DNA of 61,313 nt. Origin: a virus. Its lineage: Duplodnaviria; Caudoviricetes. This document shows, piece after piece, positions 18,999 to 28,496 of the stretch. The stretch covers positions 1 to 61,313 of IMG/VR virus record IMGVR_UViG_3300005099_000009. One strand, given 5' to 3'. A program made the translations under genes and the position numbers. The notes below the pieces were generated by a model that was not told where the DNA came from, did no database searches, and worked only from the letters and a program-made list of their open reading frames with translations. The stretch's first letter is position 1, and each line of letters opens with the position of its first letter.

Positions 18999-19339
18999 GC
19001 TGGTGGGTAAGCTTGGAGCAGGATGGCAAGCCCGTCGAGGTGGAACGCCATTGGGAAGGCGGCACCTTTACGGTTGGCGGCTCCACCCTGGCGGAGATCA
19101 ACATTACCTACAACTACGGGTTCTTTTACCGCCATTGCTTGCACCCGGACGGCCTATGGTGGCTCGACGGCAAGCGCGCCAGAGATTGCGTCGGGCGATT
19201 GGAGGCGGCGATAAAGGAGCTGGGCGCGAGCCGCTATAGGGACTATTGGACGCCCACGCCAAGCAACGCGGGCTTCGCTTTAAGCATCTTGCTGGCGTGG
19301 GCGAAGGAGCATCCTGAAGCGACATTCCGGGTGAGATAG
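18995..19339 (+). CDS. Conserved-looking phage hypothetical protein
   Basis: AGGAGGGG SD; NITYNY...LDGK...YW.PT..NAG. Confidence 0.7.
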   Translation: MSWWVSLEQDGKPVEVERHWEGGTFTVGGSTLAEINITYNYGFFYRHCLHPDGLWWLDGKRARDCVGRLEAAIKELGASRYRDYWTPTPSNAGFALSILLAWAKEHPEATFRVR

Positions 19340-19343
19340 CGAC

Positions 19344-19617
19344 GCTGGCCCGGCATGAAGGGCACCCGGCCACGGGGTCGGGCGAGCCGCGGCGGGGCCC
19401 CGTGGCGCAACCCCGCCTGCTGGTCCCTCTTTGGCCTATTGGCGGAGCTTTCCGCTCCGCCGGGTGGGCTGGTATATATATGAGCAGCTCCGACCGGACA
19501 CGTTATGTGGCTCCGGGAGTAAACTTACCAAAGGTGAGGGCCCGAGTGGCCGACTAGCCGCCAGCCCACTTGGGGGCGCGGAAAGTAACCCAAGATCGCC
19601 CAATTGCCTTGGCCAGC
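19344..19617 (+). ncRNA. Candidate structured ncRNA (~275 nt)
   Basis: Closing GCTGGCC/GGCCAGC plus several internal stems; strand assumed from operon. Confidence 0.45.
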
Positions 19618-19637
19618 ACATTTCACGCTATAGAAAG

Positions 19638-20048
19638 ATGTTCAAGGATTACCGAGGAAAAATCCAAAAACGCTATATTGCCTTTACGCGACGCGACGTG
19701 GACGAGCTGATCGAGCGGCGCCGCAGCCTGTACCGGGGCAAGCCCCGCAAGCGCGACCCCGAATGGCTGCGGAGGGCCCACGCGCTCGCCAGCGAGGTCA
19801 TGGGCCTGCGGCAGGCCATCGGGGAGCTGCGGCGCTTGGCCGACCTGATCGAGAGCGGCAGGGAAATCGAGGACTACTTGGAGAGGGGGCAGCCGCTGCC
19901 ATCGCCCCGGATCAAGGCCAAAAGCGGAACGCTCTACTACCTGCAAGAGCGGGACGCCGCGCTCTGCGAGCGGCTCAGGCGCTTGGAGCGGGAGCTTGGC
20001 TCGATCTGGAAAGAAAGAAGGGCCACTCTGCCAAGCTGGATGCGGTAA
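19638..20048 (+). CDS. Hypothetical protein
   Basis: MFKDYRG...; start moved to ATG 19638. Confidence 0.55.
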   Translation: MFKDYRGKIQKRYIAFTRRDVDELIERRRSLYRGKPRKRDPEWLRRAHALASEVMGLRQAIGELRRLADLIESGREIEDYLERGQPLPSPRIKAKSGTLYYLQERDAALCERLRRLERELGSIWKERRATLPSWMR

Positions 20049-20062
20049 GAGGGAGAAAGGGC

Positions 20063-20302
20063 ATGGGCTTGGACATCTACTTCAAGGAGGATATTGCGAA
20101 CATTCTGGCGGCTGTCTCGCAAGCGGCCTCGTCCGCAGGGGCCTACTCTGACGACGCCGAGGCGGCGGCCTTCCGGCAAGGTTGGCAAGCGTGCATAGCT
20201 GCCCTAGTTACCGCCTTCGGACTCGGAGATGAGTGGCCCGCGTCGAAGGTTGAGGTTGTGGTCATCGAGCGGCCACGCTTAACCGTTCATGAGACTAAAT
20301 AG
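20063..20302 (+). CDS. Hypothetical protein
   Basis: MGLDIYFKEDIANIL...; purine-rich SD. Confidence 0.6.
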   Translation: MGLDIYFKEDIANILAAVSQAASSAGAYSDDAEAAAFRQGWQACIAALVTAFGLGDEWPASKVEVVVIERPRLTVHETK

Positions 20303-20318
20303 CAGGGAGGTGTAGGGT

Positions 20319-20567
20319 ATGAAAGACGAATATGTGCTGGAGGACATGGAGGGCAACTTCGTTTGCGTCATCTTCGCGCCGCCCGATGAAAATGAGCTCG
20401 TTCGGCGCGGCTACCGCCTATTTGGGCCCGTGCCCTGCTTGCCTTATCCTGTGCTGCGGTGGCGGGACGACGAATGGGTAATGGACGCGCCGTATGCGGG
20501 GGGCTACTACGTTTGGCGGCTCAAACGGAAAAATCTTCCGAATTACGATTGCTTCACGAAACAATGA
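20319..20567 (+). CDS. Hypothetical protein
   Basis: GGGAGG SD. Confidence 0.55.
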   Translation: MKDEYVLEDMEGNFVCVIFAPPDENELVRRGYRLFGPVPCLPYPVLRWRDDEWVMDAPYAGGYYVWRLKRKNLPNYDCFTKQ

Positions 20568-20649
20568 GCGCAAACTTGCCCAAAATCGAATTCCAATTTG
20601 AGGGTTTAGCTAAATTGGCCGAAATAGCACAAATAAGAGGAGGTATAAA

Positions 20650-21084
20650 ATGTTGGATAATGAAGAAGTTTTACGCCGTGAGTTCGCTGAAGTCCAAGCG
20701 GAGTATAAAGATGATTCGCCTGAAAGATTTATTGCGCGCCGCCGAGTCCGTGCCATTATCTGGGAGAAGACAAAGGGAAGATGTTGGTACTGCGGCTGCG
20801 AAATGAATCCCTTTGTAGAATTTACCGTAGACCATGTTATTCCGATTTGCCGAGGTGGCACAAACGATTACGATAATCTTGTGCCTTGCTGCCGCAGCTG
20901 TAATCGCAGTAAGGGCAAAGCAACTTTGGAGCGCTTTAGAGAGCGGATGGCAGTACGCCAAGCTGGGATCCCGGCCTTTACCGACGAACAATTAGAATAT
21001 CTATATTCTATTGGTGTCAACGTGCCCTCTGTACGAGCAAGCGAGTTTAAATTCTACTTTGAGCGTATACAGAAAACTCAATAG
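20650..21084 (+). CDS. HNH endonuclease
   Basis: CWYCG...TVDHVIP..RGG.N.YDNLVPCC.SCN.SKG. Confidence 0.92.
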   Translation: MLDNEEVLRREFAEVQAEYKDDSPERFIARRRVRAIIWEKTKGRCWYCGCEMNPFVEFTVDHVIPICRGGTNDYDNLVPCCRSCNRSKGKATLERFRERMAVRQAGIPAFTDEQLEYLYSIGVNVPSVRASEFKFYFERIQKTQ

Positions 21085-21142
21085 TGAAGGTTGAGAGGAA
21101 TCCACCCGATTCAAGAAATGGTAATGGAGAGAAGGGAGGCTA

Positions 21143-22210
21143 ATGACCCAAGGCGGCGTTCTAGAAGTTATCCGCAAAGAAGGAATAGGTTACACCCAAG
21201 ATGGCAGATCCATCCCTTGGACAGAGGTTTATATCAAGATCAAGGTTGCCTTTCGTCAGAAAGCCTTAGCTTTGCTGAAGGGGCCTAAGCTATCCTGTTT
21301 CCTCTGCATAGCCTTACATATAGGCGAGGATGGCACCGCCAACCCAAGCATTGATACTATTGTGAGGGAAACTGGCTACAAGCGCCCTACCGTCTGCAAG
21401 GCCTTGGCCGAGCTGGAAGCCCTCGGTTTCATAGAGAAAACCAGGCGGCGGCATGACACAACCCTATATCGGGTTAGGGGCTATGCCTGGTTCGGAAAGA
21501 GCGGTAAAAGTAAAGCTAATTTACTTTTAGACGAAGAACGCCGTCTAAAAGTTGGGTCAAGTAAAAGTTCACTAAGTAAACGTTTACGAAATGAACCCAA
21601 AGATTATCCAAATATTAAAGATAAACCAGAGTATAAAGATTATAAGCCCCGCTCTCAAAAACAAAACGATTCATCTTTACTTTCCGAGAAGGATTCGCCG
21701 GACGATTGGCTCCCTCCTGCGGAGGAACAGATGAAGGTCTTGGCCGCGGGCAGCTTGAAGGCCAAGGAGCTTGAGGCCTACCGCCGGCTCGACGAGCTTT
21801 ACGCTCGGCTCAAGGGCATCGAGGTGCCTGAAGACGAGTGGCGCTCGGAGCGCTGGCACCTGGCTTGGAAGCGGGTCCTCAACCCCTTGCGCTGGGATAC
21901 GGGGAAGGCGCTTGAGGCATTGCGCCTCATGGCGACCGACCCCAAGAAGGCGGACTGGCTGGGTCAGACTAGCTCGCCCTTGGCCATCGTGGAGGACCTG
22001 ATTGACATCGCCCAGTCAGGACGCTTGAGCAGCCGGGACGACGAGCTGAGGGAAGAGGCCAAGCTTTGCAACGCTACCGCTTTCCCCAGGGATGTCTGCC
22101 CCTATCAAGGGGCGCCGACGTGGCCCTTCCCGAAGTGCCGGTTTTGCCCGCGTTTTCAAGGCAATAAGCAAAGTGCTAAGGAGCGCGCCCTTCTTGCCGA
22201 AGCCGCTTAA
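21143..22210 (+). CDS. Replication initiator (N-terminal winged HTH)
   Basis: NPSIDTIVRETGYKRPTVCKALAELEALGFI; AT-rich repetitive linker. Confidence 0.75.
   Translation: MTQGGVLEVIRKEGIGYTQDGRSIPWTEVYIKIKVAFRQKALALLKGPKLSCFLCIALHIGEDGTANPSIDTIVRETGYKRPTVCKALAELEALGFIEKTRRRHDTTLYRVRGYAWFGKSGKSKANLLLDEERRLKVGSSKSSLSKRLRNEPKDYPNIKDKPEYKDYKPRSQKQNDSSLLSEKDSPDDWLPPAEEQMKVLAAGSLKAKELEAYRRLDELYARLKGIEVPEDEWRSERWHLAWKRVLNPLRWDTGKALEALRLMATDPKKADWLGQTSSPLAIVEDLIDIAQSGRLSSRDDELREEAKLCNATAFPRDVCPYQGAPTWPFPKCRFCPRFQGNKQSAKERALLAEAA
21500..21680. other. Putative replication origin inside initiator gene
   Basis: Perfect 11-bp inverted repeat ACTTTTAGACG (21523)/CGTCTAAAAGT (21542); AAAGAT-led repeats at 21599, 21617, 21635; AT-rich. 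Confidence 0.6.
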
Positions 22211-22259
22211 GCCGGGGCGAGGAGGCAGGCTTAAAGAATTCCTATGGAGGTGATGGAAG

Positions 22260-22607
22260 ATGGAGTGGGTAATCGAGAATTGGCATTGGATCCGAGAGGT
22301 GCTTTGGGTCACGGTTGGCATCTTGGTCTTCGCCTACAGGGTTTGGCGCAACCGCGAGGTGGACAAGTACATAGGCATCGTCCTCGACTGGGTGAAGAAG
22401 TTCGCGGGAGAGAGCCTGGAGGCCGTGACCGAGGAGGAGGTCTACGCCCTTGCGGGTGCCGTTTACGACAAGTACATCGCAGCTACCCTGCTTGGCATGG
22501 TAGTATCTCGCAAACGCTTCCAGGAGCTAAGCTGGGCAGCCTGGCGTTGGTTCGTAGAACTGGAAGCTGAGCGGGCAATAACCTTTAAGGCCCTGGGCCG
22601 TTACTGA
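22260..22607 (+). CDS. Small membrane protein
   Basis: N-terminal TM VLWVTVGILVFAY; GGAGG SD. Confidence 0.55.
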   Translation: MEWVIENWHWIREVLWVTVGILVFAYRVWRNREVDKYIGIVLDWVKKFAGESLEAVTEEEVYALAGAVYDKYIAATLLGMVVSRKRFQELSWAAWRWFVELEAERAITFKALGRY

Positions 22608-22608
22608 T

Positions 22609-22923
22609 GGAAAACCCCGCCCCATTCGTGACGCCCGAGGCTCGGCGGATGATGCAGGAGGGGCATCTTGGCTTAGGCGTGGGGAGAATAGCGCGGCCTT
22701 GGATATATCCCACGCTGAAGTGCGGTGCCGTGCTCGCTCTATTGCCAGGTAGACGGCGGGGCGGGGCTGGGACGGGCGCAGTAGGAGGCTGCAATAAGTG
22801 GTCAAGTTCATGGACCTGCCCGGCCTCGTTTGAAGGGCGTGAGAGCCCCGCGGCGACGTGTCCGGCAAGGAAGCCTCCTCGCCCTGGCGCCGGCTTTGGC
22901 CGCGGGGCCACGCCTGCTTTTCC
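22609..22923 (+). ncRNA. Candidate structured ncRNA (~315 nt) with possible pseudoknot
   Basis: Closing GGAAAA/TTTTCC and multiple long internal stems; strand assumed. Confidence 0.5.
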
Positions 22924-22988
22924 TGACAGAATAATACTTGAATAATTGGCCTTAGATACTCGGGATTTCGGGTTCAAGGAGGTATAGC

Positions 22989-23606
22989 ATGTTACTAACA
23001 ATGGATGAATTGCGATTTCGATTCAAGCGCGCTTGCTCGGTTGTCGAGGAGCTGCGCGACGAATACGAGGAGGCGGTGATGCGTCGCTACGAGCGCGCTT
23101 TGCGGGAGATGGAGGAGATCATCCCTGAACTTCGTCGCTTGGCTTGGGAGGAATCCCAGCGCAATCGCGAGGCCTGGCTTCAGGAAAAGCGGGAGCTGGA
23201 GGAGGACGTCGCCGCCGCCAAGGAGCTTCTAGTCCGCAAGGAGAACGAGCTCAAGCTCGCCAAGGCGGAGGGACGGACGGAGGAGGTCAAGAAGCTGGCG
23301 GGCGAGGTGGAGGACGTGAAAGCCCGGCTTGCCCAACTTAATGAACGCTACCGCGCCGTTTTGGGCCGCGAAATCAACTATCGCCCCGATGCCGAATTCG
23401 TCGGCACGCTGGGCGAGCTCAAGTTGGCCTTGCTGCGTCCCGATTTCCTTTTGAGCCGCCAATGGGCTAAAGCTCTCCTTAAGGGTCCTTGGCGTTGGGC
23501 CTTGGAGGACCAGCCGATTCGCGTCAAGTTTAGCTTAGAAACGGGCGAGCCGATCGAATGGTGGCCCAAAGAACCGACGCATTTGCCTTGGAGGAGATGG
23601 CCGTAG
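22989..23606 (+). CDS. Coiled-coil hypothetical protein
   Basis: AAGGAGG SD; E/R/K-rich heptads. Confidence 0.65.
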   Translation: MLLTMDELRFRFKRACSVVEELRDEYEEAVMRRYERALREMEEIIPELRRLAWEESQRNREAWLQEKRELEEDVAAAKELLVRKENELKLAKAEGRTEEVKKLAGEVEDVKARLAQLNERYRAVLGREINYRPDAEFVGTLGELKLALLRPDFLLSRQWAKALLKGPWRWALEDQPIRVKFSLETGEPIEWWPKEPTHLPWRRWP

Positions 23607-23678
23607 ATAAAAGGCTAATTAATATATTCTTGAAATGGATAGTGAATTAGCAATCCTCAGAGAGGGAGGGATTTTTAA

Positions 23679-23978
23679 ATGAGCAATGAATTTATCTCCA
23701 AGCTTAGTGCTTTGGTGAATGCTGCTATGCAGTTTGGGGCCGATCCGACTGGGCCCAATAGCAAGAATTTAGGTGAGCGCGTCAACGGGCTCACGGTAGA
23801 ACTTGAGCGTTATGTGGAGAGGTTAGAGGCCGTAGCAAAGGCGGCCAAGGAATACATCCACGATTGCAACGCGCTCTGGCGGGGCGAGCTCACGATCCAC
23901 GAGTACGCGCCCGGCGAAGACCCGAAGTGGCGATTGCGAAAGGTGGTTGACCAGCTTAACCAAATCTTGTCATCTTGA
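23679..23978 (+). CDS. Hypothetical protein
   Basis: GGGAGGG SD. Confidence 0.55.
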   Translation: MSNEFISKLSALVNAAMQFGADPTGPNSKNLGERVNGLTVELERYVERLEAVAKAAKEYIHDCNALWRGELTIHEYAPGEDPKWRLRKVVDQLNQILSS

Positions 23979-24059
23979 CAAGATTCGTGAGCCTTATTTC
24001 CTCGTTGCTGGCAAGATGCATAGAATTATTGTCTTAGCAAGATGCTGAGAGGGTGTTCA

Positions 24060-24353
24060 ATGCAACAGTACCAAGCATCTAGAAAGCAGATTGCAGACCA
24101 AATGCGAGCCCACTATAAAGAATTATCGGGAGAGTGTAGTGATTGGCTCTCTGCCATGCCAGAGGCCATTGACGCTTGGGAGCGAGAGCCGGTGCTTCTT
24201 GAAAGAATTGCCCGGTTGGAGGCTCGAGTTGGGGCGCTGGAAAAGGCTCTTCTGACCATTCGTGACTGGGCAGAGCACAATCCGGATTTCAATATCGCAC
24301 ATTGGCTATATAGCGTGGCATACACAGCCCTTAGCGCTGGTAATTTGAAATAG
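24060..24353 (+). CDS. Hypothetical protein
   Basis: GAGGGTG upstream of ATG 24060. Confidence 0.5.
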   Translation: MQQYQASRKQIADQMRAHYKELSGECSDWLSAMPEAIDAWEREPVLLERIARLEARVGALEKALLTIRDWAEHNPDFNIAHWLYSVAYTALSAGNLK

Positions 24354-24368
24354 TAGCGGAAGAGAGTC

Positions 24369-24935
24369 ATGAGTTCAGGCGCTTGGCGGATTTTAGAGAA
24401 TACCATTCACATTCTGGGCGTAGCTGATCCCGCAAACTCTTTTGAGGCTGAGCTTATCGAGACGCACCGCTGGTATCTGCGGATGGGCTTGGCCGTGGTC
24501 TTCAAGCTGGGCGTGGCGAAAGGGTTTCATAAGCTGGGGCGGGGCTTGGGCTATTGGTTCCCGAAGGCCCCGACGCCCTGCGACTTCGTGGGCTGGCTGT
24601 CGGACGGGCGCGTGGTGGCCTTCGACGCCAAAATGCGCCGCGTCCGCTCGGAGAGGGACTGGCGCTGGCGCTACAGCGACGCCCCGGCGCACCAGGTAGC
24701 TGCCCTGCAGCTCGCGGAGGAGGCCGGGGGCTGGGGCTTCTTCCTGGTGGCCATCTTGGGCGGCAACTTGGAGGAGGCGCGTGTCGTGCGCGCCAGCCTT
24801 CTCGCGCCGCGCCGATCAGTTGACCTGCGGGAGTGTCCTCGTATAGAGTGGAGGTTGAGCGCCCCGCAGTGGGACTGGCTAAGCGCTCTTAACGAGCTTC
24901 TCGGCAAGGAGGCTGGCCATGGTTCGACAGCTTAG
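24369..24935 (+). CDS. RecU-like Holliday junction resolvase
   Basis: FE..L, V.KL, PCDFVG, VAFDAK, HQ..AL motifs. Confidence 0.75.
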   Translation: MSSGAWRILENTIHILGVADPANSFEAELIETHRWYLRMGLAVVFKLGVAKGFHKLGRGLGYWFPKAPTPCDFVGWLSDGRVVAFDAKMRRVRSERDWRWRYSDAPAHQVAALQLAEEAGGWGFFLVAILGGNLEEARVVRASLLAPRRSVDLRECPRIEWRLSAPQWDWLSALNELLGKEAGHGSTA

Positions 24936-25155
24936 CTTAGACGCAATGCTGAGGGAAGTGAAACCGCGCCCCGACGGTCGGGCGTGGCTCGTGGTGAGCG
25001 GCGACGAAAACGAGGCGCAGGCCATCGAGCGCTACAGAGAGCGCTTCGGCGCCCCGCCCCAAATGGTGCGGAGGGGCAAGCCAGACGGGGCCTGGTGGCT
25101 TGGGCCCGTACCCGAAAGGGGGGAAGCTGGCGATGAAAGCCTTCGAAATATTTGA
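24919..25155 (+). CDS. Hypothetical protein
   Basis: AAGGAGG SD. Confidence 0.55.
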   Translation: MVRQLSLDAMLREVKPRPDGRAWLVVSGDENEAQAIERYRERFGAPPQMVRRGKPDGAWWLGPVPERGEAGDESLRNI

Positions 25156-25255
25156 CCGCTATTGCTGGGTGATAATCGCTTTATCCGCATTATATTTCGC
25201 GGGCCATATTTTGCGGGCCTGCGCGCGCTAAGCAGGTCTGCGTTAGATTTAAGGG

Positions 25256-26110
25256 ATGGCAAAGATGAAGCCGCAGGGGATCAAGGCGAGATTAAAATCA
25301 TTCGTCCTGAGCGATTTAGGCTTGTTCGACGTAGATCAATGGATCATCTATACCCTCATGTTTGCCACATTGGGGCAGGAAGGCCGCTACCTGGAATCCC
25401 TGCTCCAGGGCCAAGGTTGGGGCTTGGGCTTCCTCCAGGCGGCGGTGATTGACGCCGCCGTCTGGCGGTGCAGCGTATGGCTGCGGCGCTTCACGGGGGC
25501 CAAGCAGAGGCGGGCAGCCTTGGCGGGCGTGCTCTTCTTTTCGCTGGCCTCGGTAGTGTTCAATTACGGATACTACACGCGCTTTACTGCTGAGCCGCCG
25601 CTGATTTGCGCTGCTCTGGCGATTTTTCTGCCTTCTGCGATCGGCCTTCTGAGCTATCTGCGCGGAGTGCGCCTGTCCAGCGCAAAGTTCGGCGATGAAT
25701 TCGCCGAAAGGCGGCGTTCGGCACCTCATCGTGCCGAGAAAGCTGAAGAGTCCAGCGCAATTATATCAAGGCCTGTGCAACCGGCAGTGTTGGGCGCGCT
25801 ACCTACGACAATCAGCATGACGGAATCGGTGTTGAGCGGCGATGGTCGTGACGAGAATATGATGAAAGTCTTGGAGAAGCTGAGGAATGCAGTGGGCGGC
25901 GACGATTTTGTGGTCAGCAAGGTGCTTCCGCAGCTGGGCTGGGGCGAGACTTACGTGAGGGAAGCGTTGCGCTGGGGCCTGCGGCGGGGCCTGGTGGAGC
26001 ATCCCCGCCACGGGCGCTGGCGCTTGAGGACTGACAAGTGGCCGGGAGGTGATGGACATGGCAAGACGCGGGAGACCGAAGCATCCGGCGACGTTCTGCC
26101 GTCCGCTTGA
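25256..26110 (+). CDS. Multi-TM protein with C-terminal winged HTH (DUF2637/SpdA-like architecture)
   Basis: Four hydrophobic segments (AAVIDAA, SVVFNY, AIFLPSAIGLL), linker, then LGWGETYVREALRWGLRRGLVE. Confidence 0.5.
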   Translation: MAKMKPQGIKARLKSFVLSDLGLFDVDQWIIYTLMFATLGQEGRYLESLLQGQGWGLGFLQAAVIDAAVWRCSVWLRRFTGAKQRRAALAGVLFFSLASVVFNYGYYTRFTAEPPLICAALAIFLPSAIGLLSYLRGVRLSSAKFGDEFAERRRSAPHRAEKAEESSAIISRPVQPAVLGALPTTISMTESVLSGDGRDENMMKVLEKLRNAVGGDDFVVSKVLPQLGWGETYVREALRWGLRRGLVEHPRHGRWRLRTDKWPGGDGHGKTRETEASGDVLPSA

Positions 26111-26369
26111 CGGCTGCCGGTTTTGCGAGCGGCGGATGGAGGTGTTGCGGGCCCTTGGGGCTTATCACGAGGCCTACGGTTGCTGGCCCACGGCCAGCAA
26201 GCTGGCGCAGCAGTTAGGCCTCACGCCGGGCTCCATCGCGCCGCTGCTGGGCTGGCTGGAGGCTGGCGGCTATGTGGAGCGCTTCCGGTATGCGGCGGGC
26301 CGCCGCCTGACGGAGAAGGGTTGGGACGCCCTGAGGGAGAGCAACGATGCGGAGGCTGTTGCGGCGTAG
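26058..26369 (+). CDS. LexA-type DNA-binding domain protein
   Basis: YGCWPTASKLAQQLGLTPGSI...L.WLE.GGYVER; no peptidase domain. Confidence 0.7.
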   Translation: MARRGRPKHPATFCRPLDGCRFCERRMEVLRALGAYHEAYGCWPTASKLAQQLGLTPGSIAPLLGWLEAGGYVERFRYAAGRRLTEKGWDALRESNDAEAVAA

Positions 26370-26877
26370 CTTTGAGGGGGGCGCGAGGGAGGCCGACGGC
26401 CTCTGGCACGAGCGCTGGGGGCGCAGGGCCTTCTTGGCCGTCTGCGCCGCGGCGGGACCGTTGGCTCTCCGCTACGGCCCCTGGCCGGTGTGGTTCGCGC
26501 TGGGCTTCTGGATCGGCGTTTACCTGGTCACGCCCGACTGCGACTTCCTCTCAATCACCAGGGCAGAGAGCCGCTGGTTCCGCGACCCCCGGCGGGGCGA
26601 TCCCTTGAGCTGGGTCGGGGCCGTCGTCCGCTTCCCGGTGGGGCTGGCGGCCCTGGCTTTGGGGTTCCTTCCTGGCCTGATCTTATCGCATCGGGGCGTT
26701 TCCCACACGCCGGTCTTGGGCGCGGCGGTGATCGCGGTCTTGGCCCTGCCCATCCCTGCAGCGCTCTTGGCTTGGGCGGGGAAGCTGGACTGGCTCGTCA
26801 GGGCCGAGGCGGGCGTAGTGTGGCTGGGCTTCGCCGCGGCCCACTTGCTTCATATCTTGCTCGATAAATTGGGATGA
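26347..26877 (+). CDS. Membrane metal-binding protein (DUF2227/YdjM-like)
   Basis: PDCD, SHRGVSHTP, HLLHILLD motifs with TM segments. Confidence 0.7.
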   Translation: MRRLLRRSFEGGAREADGLWHERWGRRAFLAVCAAAGPLALRYGPWPVWFALGFWIGVYLVTPDCDFLSITRAESRWFRDPRRGDPLSWVGAVVRFPVGLAALALGFLPGLILSHRGVSHTPVLGAAVIAVLALPIPAALLAWAGKLDWLVRAEAGVVWLGFAAAHLLHILLDKLG

Positions 26878-27125
26878 GCAGAAGTCGAAAGGAGAGATAC
26901 AAGATGACTAGAGACGAGAGGAGACTGCTCGAGGCCCTGAAGAGCCTGCCGCACGTGACTGAATTTCAAGCCCATGCAGCATACGTACTGCTTCAAGTCA
27001 ATGGCATAGACAACGCGCTGGAATACGTTGACAGGTTACGTCAGGGTATCCAACCCACATTACCTCTGGAAGCCGCATGGGAAATTTGGCTTGAGGAGAA
27101 TTCTGCTGAATTGGCGAGGAGATAG
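26874..27125 (+). CDS. Hypothetical protein
   Basis: Tiles with neighbours. Confidence 0.5.
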   Translation: MSRSRKERYKMTRDERRLLEALKSLPHVTEFQAHAAYVLLQVNGIDNALEYVDRLRQGIQPTLPLEAAWEIWLEENSAELARR

Positions 27126-27127
27126 AG

Positions 27128-27379
27128 ATGAACGATGGAATAGCGATTGAGATACGCGTCACGGGCCAAGAACCCTTGCGCCGCGTTAGCGAAGGCGCCT
27201 TCCTGCTGGTGCTGGTGACGGACGCGGGGGAGCGCTGGGAGACGGCGGTATACAGCTACCATCAGCCCCTTAACCTGCTGGAGATGGCGACAGCGGCCTC
27301 CAAGGGCTTAAAGCAGCATATTATCGAAGCATTGGGCGAGCTTGCTAATGCTGCAGGCGAAATAGAAATAGCCGACTAG
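27128..27379 (+). CDS. Hypothetical protein
   Basis: GAGGAG SD. Confidence 0.55.
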   Translation: MNDGIAIEIRVTGQEPLRRVSEGAFLLVLVTDAGERWETAVYSYHQPLNLLEMATAASKGLKQHIIEALGELANAAGEIEIAD

Positions 27380-27387
27380 TGGGATAA

Positions 27388-28143
27388 ATGCATGCCGAAA
27401 CTAGTGTCGAGCTCCAGCTCCAAGATGAAATGACTGAGCCTGCTTGGGGCATAGCCGCGCTGGTTGACCAGTGGATCGCCGACCGCCGCGCCCAGGAGCA
27501 GGCGGGGCGTCCCAGGGGCGGCTCGATCTGGCCCTCCAGCGTGGGCCTGTGCCTGCGGAAGGCCATCTACCAATACCGGGGCTGCGAGCCGACCAACCCG
27601 CCCCCGCCGCGCCTGCTGCGGATATTCGAGGTGGGCAAGCTTTTCGAGAAGTTCATCCTGGAGATGCTAGAGGAGCGCGGCGTGCTGGTGGCGGCCCAAC
27701 TCGAAGTCAAGTCACTATTCTTCTCAGGCCGCATTGACGCCCTCGTGCGGCAGGGCACGCAGCTCTACGTGGTGGAGCTCAAGACGATTCATTCGAAAGG
27801 GTTTATCTACCGCGATTTGCCTTATGCCCATCACGAAGTACAGGCCTTGGTCTACCACATCTTGGCCGAGCTCAATGGCTGGGCCCCGCTCGCGCCGCCC
27901 CACCTCGTCTACATCTCCAAAGACGATTTGCTGATTGACGAGTACGTGGTCAGCCTGCAGAAGAAGGTCGAGGTGGAGCGGCTGATGCGGGAGGCGGCGG
28001 CCTACGCCCGCGACGGGAGGCTTCCCCCGCGTTTGGAGGGAGGGCCCAGGCGCTGGGAGTGCTGGCACGAGGCGGGACAGAGGCCCGCTTGCGAGTATTT
28101 TGATTTGTGTTGGGGAGGCAAGGAGAGAGGTTATGAAGCGTAA
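27388..28143 (+). CDS. PD-(D/E)XK Cas4-like exonuclease
   Basis: PSSVG.CLRK, GRIDAL, VELKT, Q...Y and C-terminal Cys cluster. Confidence 0.85.
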   Translation: MHAETSVELQLQDEMTEPAWGIAALVDQWIADRRAQEQAGRPRGGSIWPSSVGLCLRKAIYQYRGCEPTNPPPPRLLRIFEVGKLFEKFILEMLEERGVLVAAQLEVKSLFFSGRIDALVRQGTQLYVVELKTIHSKGFIYRDLPYAHHEVQALVYHILAELNGWAPLAPPHLVYISKDDLLIDEYVVSLQKKVEVERLMREAAAYARDGRLPPRLEGGPRRWECWHEAGQRPACEYFDLCWGGKERGYEA

Positions 28144-28420
28144 AAATCTAAGCGATAAAATATATCATGCTATTAAGACTGAATTGGAGACTTGGGGCCA
28201 TCCCTATCTTCAGTTCCGAGTCAGTGCATTGCCTAATTCATATTGCTTTGAGGCTTGGCATTACGGTCATCGTGTTCTATGGCGCATAGTTCCTCGTGAG
28301 ATTATAGCCGCTTATAAAGGTGACATTATTCGAGCTATTCTTAGAGAATTCGCAAGCGACTGGTCTCTCTCTTTATTGCGGAGACGTGACCGATCTTGCG
28401 AAACTTCAGATAGCGACTAG
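28133..28420 (+). CDS. Hypothetical protein (lower GC)
   Basis: GGAGAGAGG upstream of ATG. Confidence 0.5.
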   Translation: MKRKNLSDKIYHAIKTELETWGHPYLQFRVSALPNSYCFEAWHYGHRVLWRIVPREIIAAYKGDIIRAILREFASDWSLSLLRRRDRSCETSDSD

Positions 28421-28496
28421 GCTCCAGGGTTGTCAATTGGGTGTATCAACGCTTCAAATTCGCAGGAAGATATTGAGCCGCAAGCCGGGAAGGGCG

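Noticed and set aside
27388-28143. Cas4-like gene as evidence of a CRISPR-Cas system
   Set aside because: No cas1/cas2 or array; stand-alone Cas4-like nucleases are common in phage recombination regions
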